Source of the DNA: an uncultured Gammaproteobacteria bacterium
Lineage (GTDB): Bacteria > Pseudomonadota > Gammaproteobacteria > Arenicellales > Arenicellaceae
Reading direction: 5' to 3'
Assembly: GCA_964633815.1 (NCBI GenBank)
Contig: CAZWHW010000003.1
Coordinates: 6,518-70,517, forward strand
Length of the DNA stretch: 64,000 nucleotides
Of this stretch, positions 60,818 to 64,000 are shown piece after piece (the first letter of the stretch is position 1; each line of letters begins with the position of its first letter). A program made the translations under genes and the position numbers. The notes under the pieces are model-generated. The model was given only the letters and a program-made list of their open reading frames with translations. It was not told where the DNA came from and did no database searches.

Positions 60818-61327
60818 TTGTCTAGATTTAAGGTTGTTATTCTTTTGGCTTTCACGCTTGTAGCTTGTTCGGAGCCAAATAATACCTCGCAATTGATAGG
60901 GGTTGATGAGCAACAGCGTAAAATCTTGGGGGCAGTTGAAACGGTTGAATTAAAAGAAGCGGAGTTATCATTTGTTGGGCGAGTTGATACCGGAGCTAAA
61001 CGAACGAGTATTCATGCGCTTGATATAATTGTTGATGGCGATGTAGTGTTGGAGAAAGATGCTGATGTTAAAGGTTTGCCGATTTCTTTTAATGTTTTGA
61101 CCAAAGAAGGACAATCTAAACGAATCCGTACTGTCATTGATAAAATTGTCTTTGTTCAGAATTCAGAAGGCGGTGAATACCGTTATGTGGTGCCTTTAAG
61201 TTTTTCATGGCAAGGAATCACAAAAACAATTCAGGTTACATTAAATGATCGAAGCCGTATGTCTTATCGATTATTGTTGGGCAGAAATTGGATAACGAAA
61301 GATTTTATTGTTAATGTTGATAAATAG
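60818..61327 (+). CDS. retropepsin-like aspartic peptidase family lipoprotein (COG4067 / 'ATP-dependent zinc protease' family)
   Basis: TTG start with the lipobox 'LLAFTLVAC|S'. 'GRVDTGAKRTSIHA' carries the D-T-G-A aspartic-protease signature. Length and the C-terminal 'RLLLGRNW' are typical of the RimK-associated family. Confidence 0.6.
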   Translation: MSRFKVVILLAFTLVACSEPNNTSQLIGVDEQQRKILGAVETVELKEAELSFVGRVDTGAKRTSIHALDIIVDGDVVLEKDADVKGLPISFNVLTKEGQSKRIRTVIDKIVFVQNSEGGEYRYVVPLSFSWQGITKTIQVTLNDRSRMSYRLLLGRNWITKDFIVNVDK

Positions 61328-61372
61328 TCTCTCGCCGATTAATTTTTATACAAAATCGAAGTTTCACAGCAC

Positions 61373-61990
61373 ATGAGCGCCACTATTTTTCTTCTTATTC
61401 TCACCAGTCTAGTTACTTTCTCGGTGATCAATAATCCTCAACTGAAAGACAGGTTACTGTTCCATCCAATGACGGTAAGGCATCTTAGACAATGGTATCG
61501 TTTTTTGACTTCAGGTTTTATACATGCCGATGTCCCGCATTGGGCGATTAATATGTTTGTGCTGTGGTCTTTTGGTTCCGCGGTCGAACAATATTACTAT
61601 CCTGCTGTTTTTGGGAATTTAGCGGTTATTTATTTTTTAGTTTTGTATTTAAGCGGTATTGTAGTGGCATCAATACCTAGCTTTGTTCGCCATCAAAACA
61701 ATCCTCGTTATGCAGCCTTAGGAGCATCTGGAGGAGTGTCATCAGTTGTTTTTGCAGTCATTGTATTTGCACCTTGGCAGAACTTGTATTTATTTGCGGC
61801 TATCCCCATTCCACAAATTATTGCCGGTGTTTTATATTTGGCATATTCATGGTATCAAGACAAACGCGCTCGAGATAACATCGGCCATATGGCGCATTTC
61901 ACTGGTGCTGTTTGGGGGTTTGTTTTCACAGTTATGGCTGAGCCTAGACTGTTCGCTCGATTTCTTGAACTGACACTACAAGGCCCATAA
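61373..61990 (+). CDS. rhomboid family intramembrane serine protease
   Basis: 205 aa, 6 TM. 'HADVPHWAINM', the catalytic Ser in 'GASGGVSSVVFA' and the catalytic His in 'HMAHFTGAVWG'. Confidence 0.8.
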   Translation: MSATIFLLILTSLVTFSVINNPQLKDRLLFHPMTVRHLRQWYRFLTSGFIHADVPHWAINMFVLWSFGSAVEQYYYPAVFGNLAVIYFLVLYLSGIVVASIPSFVRHQNNPRYAALGASGGVSSVVFAVIVFAPWQNLYLFAAIPIPQIIAGVLYLAYSWYQDKRARDNIGHMAHFTGAVWGFVFTVMAEPRLFARFLELTLQGP

Positions 61991-61996
61991 TCAAGT

Positions 61997-62452
61997 TTAT
62001 TTGCTGGAATCGCTAACGATAAAAAATATTCCTGCTGCCATCATGAGTAGCCCAAACACTCTTGTTGATGTGATGGGGTATTTTTCTAGACCGAATGCGC
62101 CAAAATGGTCGAGCAAAGTCATTGCGATAAGTTGTCCGAACAACACGCATGCAATAGCATTTCCCACACCAAACTTTGGGATTACCCAAGTCACACTAGA
62201 TATATAGATTACGAAAAAAATTCCCGCGCAATATAGCCACCAAGGCGTATTGTTGTTATAGATTGTTTCAGGAATATCTTTGCTGATAATTGCAAGGAAT
62301 AGACACACAACTAATGCGAAACATAATAATATTGCCACGGCGACAAAAGTGCTACCAATTCGGTTGCTTAGACTGGCATTGAGTGCAGCCATGATAGGTA
62401 TGCCCAAGCCTGCGAATAACATTAGTAAAATATAGAATAAAATATTTTGCAT
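61997..62452 (-). CDS. DMT superfamily transporter, DUF606/YdcZ-like
   Basis: 151 aa, 5 TM. 'VIPKFGVGNAIACVLFGQLIAMTLLDHFGAFG' parallels E. coli YdcZ as recalled. Confidence 0.7.
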   Translation of the reverse strand: MQNILFYILLMLFAGLGIPIMAALNASLSNRIGSTFVAVAILLCFALVVCLFLAIISKDIPETIYNNNTPWWLYCAGIFFVIYISSVTWVIPKFGVGNAIACVLFGQLIAMTLLDHFGAFGLEKYPITSTRVFGLLMMAAGIFFIVSDSSK

Positions 62453-62515
62453 TCCAAATCTCCAGGCTGGCGCGAAGGGTGTATTTTTGCGCTAAATAAT
62501 TGAGAAGCTAGCATA

Positions 62516-62560
62516 ACAAATAATCATAATTAACTAATATGGTTAATTATGATTATTTGT
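62516..62560. repeat. perfect 19-bp AT-rich inverted repeat with a 7-nt spacer between bfd and the DUF606 gene
   Basis: ACAAATAATCATAATTAAC (62516-62534), spacer taatatg, then GTTAATTATGATTATTTGT (62542-62560). Confidence 0.8.
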
Positions 62561-62602
62561 AGAATAATAGTTTTAGTGAGTATTGAGTTTTATCTTAGAA
62601 AC

Positions 62603-62857
62603 TTAAGCAAGTGAATTGATAGATTCGCTGCTTTTTGTTGGCAGACTAATGCTTTCTAGTGCAAGAGTTGGAATTGTGTTTTTGGCTGGCTTTACTTCGA
62701 TGGCGTTGTGAATGAGTGCTTTAACTTCACATTCGCACGCACCACAATGACTTGTTACTCCAAGGGATCGCCTAAGATCGCACAAAGAAGTGCTGCCTCT
62801 GTTGAGTTCAGCTTTAATGTGTTTATCAGAAATATTTTTGCATAAACAAACGATCAT
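62603..62857 (-). CDS. bfd: bacterioferritin-associated ferredoxin with a C-terminal extension
   Basis: The ATG at 62857 gives 'MIVCLCKNISDKHIK...HCGACECEVKAL', the [2Fe-2S] C-x-C...C-x-x-C pattern of Bfd. About 30 extra C-terminal residues follow. The track ORF start at 62917 is a TTG extension. Confidence 0.8.
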   Translation of the reverse strand: MIVCLCKNISDKHIKAELNRGSTSLCDLRRSLGVTSHCGACECEVKALIHNAIEVKPAKNTIPTLALESISLPTKSSESINSLA

Positions 62858-62862
62858 TTTTT

Positions 62863-62890
62863 GATAATAATCTAAATGATATTCGTTATC
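62863..62890 (-). promoter_or_regulatory. putative Fur box immediately upstream of bfd
   Basis: The plus strand reads GATAATAATCTAAATGATATTCGTTATC. Its last 17 nt match 14/17 positions of the Fur consensus core TAATGATAATCATTATC. It lies 6-33 nt upstream of the bfd ATG. Confidence 0.45.
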
Positions 62891-63002
62891 AATAGCATTT
62901 GTGAAGGTTTTTATCAACCCAATGTGATTTCACTACTCTTATTGAATGAATTGCAAAATGAGTAGAATTAAAAAAATAGAGCGTCCTTGCTTTCTCCATT
63001 TT

Positions 63003-63467
63003 TTACATCATAGATTGCATATAGTTTTGTTCGCCTATTTTTCCAAATAGCTCTATCTGTGTTTCTAACCAATCATAATGTTCTTCTTCACTACTAAGGA
63101 TGTGAGAAAATAAATCACGGCTAACGTAATCGCCAACTTTTTCACAGTGTGTAACTGCATCACGATATGCAGGGATTGCTTCGGATTCTAAACGAAGATC
63201 ACATTCCAACATCTCAAGAACATTTTCTCCAATGTATAATTTTCCTAGGTCTTGTAAGTTGGGTAAACCTTCAAGCATAAGAATTCGTTCTATAAGCATG
63301 TCCGCATGTTTCATTTCATCAATCGACTCTTCATATTCTTTTTCATTTAGTTTTTCCAGACCCCAATTTTTATACATTCGAGCATGCAAGAAATATTGAT
63401 TGATTGCAGTTAGTTCTAGTTTCAATGCTTGGTTAAGTAATTCAAGGACTCCATCTTTAGCTTTCAT
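63003..63467 (-). CDS. bfr: bacterioferritin
   Basis: 154 aa. '[27 protein letters not shown]', '[17 protein letters not shown]' (heme Met) and '[11 protein letters not shown]' match Bfr. Confidence 0.92.
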   Translation of the reverse strand: MKAKDGVLELLNQALKLELTAINQYFLHARMYKNWGLEKLNEKEYEESIDEMKHADMLIERILMLEGLPNLQDLGKLYIGENVLEMLECDLRLESEAIPAYRDAVTHCEKVGDYVSRDLFSHILSSEEEHYDWLETQIELFGKIGEQNYMQSMM

Positions 63468-63869
63468 AATATTTTCTCAGTGTTAATTGTTATATGTTAA
63501 GCATAATCTATTCCTAGAAAAAATAAAATAAGTTGTTGATTTTTATAGTTTTAAATTAATACAAATCATTATTATTTTGAGTTGTTTTTAGATATGAAGC
63601 AACGCTAATCAAAGCTTGGGTTAATTGATTTGAAAAAAATATTTCAAAACCAAACATATAATTTTTTATTATAAGTAATTCATTTTATATAATTTGTAAT
63701 TTGATAAAAAATGATTATTATTGCTTTCAATAGAAATTTTAGTGCTTTTTGGCAACAAATTTATTCATCTAAAAAGCGCGAGTATGGCTGTATTTTACGA
63801 GGAAATAGTGACTGATGAACATTATAAGTCACTGAAATAAAATATTTTTATAGATAAGTATGTATAAAT

Positions 63870-64000
63870 ATGTATAAGTATGACGATTATGACCGCGCCA
63901 TTGTAAAACAACGTGTTGCGGAGTTTCGTGGACAAGTTGAGCGTCATTTAGCAGGTGAATTATCTGCTGAAGAGCTGATGCCTCTTCGTTTGCGCAATGG
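63870..64000 (+). CDS. nitrite/sulfite reductase hemoprotein-like protein, N-terminal fragment (runs off the window)
   Basis: The ATG at 63870 opens 'MYKYDDYDRAIVKQRVAEFRGQVERHLAGELSAEELMPLRLRNG'. This closely parallels the N-terminus of pseudomonad-type CysI as recalled ('...RV.QFRDQ..R.LAGELSE.EFRPLRLQNG'). It is not in the ORF track because no stop lies within the window. Confidence 0.6.
   Translation, partial: MYKYDDYDRAIVKQRVAEFRGQVERHLAGELSAEELMPLRLRN

Noticed and set aside
63564-63724. Two Fur-box-like stretches (AATCATTATTATT at 63564-63576; GATAAAAAATGATTATTATTGC at 63703-63724) between bfr and the sulfite-reductase-like gene.
   Set aside because: The region is extremely AT-rich, so partial matches to the AT-rich Fur consensus are expected. 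Neither stretch reaches the match quality of the bfd-proximal site.
63851-63885. Short ~10-bp periodic repeat (AGTATGTATA / AATATGTATA / AGTATGAC) at the start of the sulfite-reductase-like gene.
   Set aside because: It is only 2.5 imperfect units of low-complexity TA-rich sequence. It probably just reflects Tyr/Lys codons and the promoter-proximal AT bias.

Overview
AT-rich gammaproteobacterial chromosome segment. The gene order accA-tilS-pyrG-kdsA-eno matches Pseudomonadales/Oceanospirillales-type genomes, but the taxon cannot be fixed from this window. It is densely coding, with about 63 protein genes. I saw no rRNA, tRNA, CRISPR array, transposase, integrase or phage genes. Blocks in order: (1) 1-6.4 kb, a glycosyltransferase/sulfotransferase island (GT9-like, GT4, two TPR-GT41 proteins, sulfotransferase). 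(2) Housekeeping genes: DsbA-like, ppnN, dsbA, mpl, rnd. (3) A ycfJ-like lipoprotein, a PepSY-like protein and a PhoP/PhoQ-like two-component system. (4) A TrpD2/YbiB-like gene, cysG, accA, tilS, pyrG, kdsA, eno, hflD and a fused membrane/spermidine-synthase-like protein. (5) The aapJQMP amino-acid ABC transporter. (6) A MocR-type regulator divergent from an orphan small gene. (7) ccmABCDEFGHI. (8) ppk2, a secreted TPR protein, a Pro-repeat Sel1 protein and an ArsS-like radical SAM enzyme. (9) metG, a solitary rnfB-like ferredoxin and nth. (10) A FadL-family porin. (11) A cobalamin-riboswitch-led cluster btuB-btuCD-cobU-cobT-btuF-cobS-cobC. (12) Four small envelope genes: a secreted protein, a 4-TM protein, a retropepsin-like lipoprotein and a rhomboid. 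(13) A DUF606 transporter, bfd, bfr and the start of a sulfite-reductase-like gene. Most of the window is ordinary core genome. The best candidates for undescribed biology are the TPR-GT41/sulfotransferase island with its intact plus degenerate GT41 pair, the retropepsin-lipoprotein/rhomboid envelope cluster, the MocR regulator with its orphan target, and several unexplained sequence structures (phased 11-bp repeats, two long perfect palindromes, an in-frame 9-bp repeat, a non-canonical tilS start). All calls rest on reading the ORF translations and the DNA by eye. No database search or computation was run.
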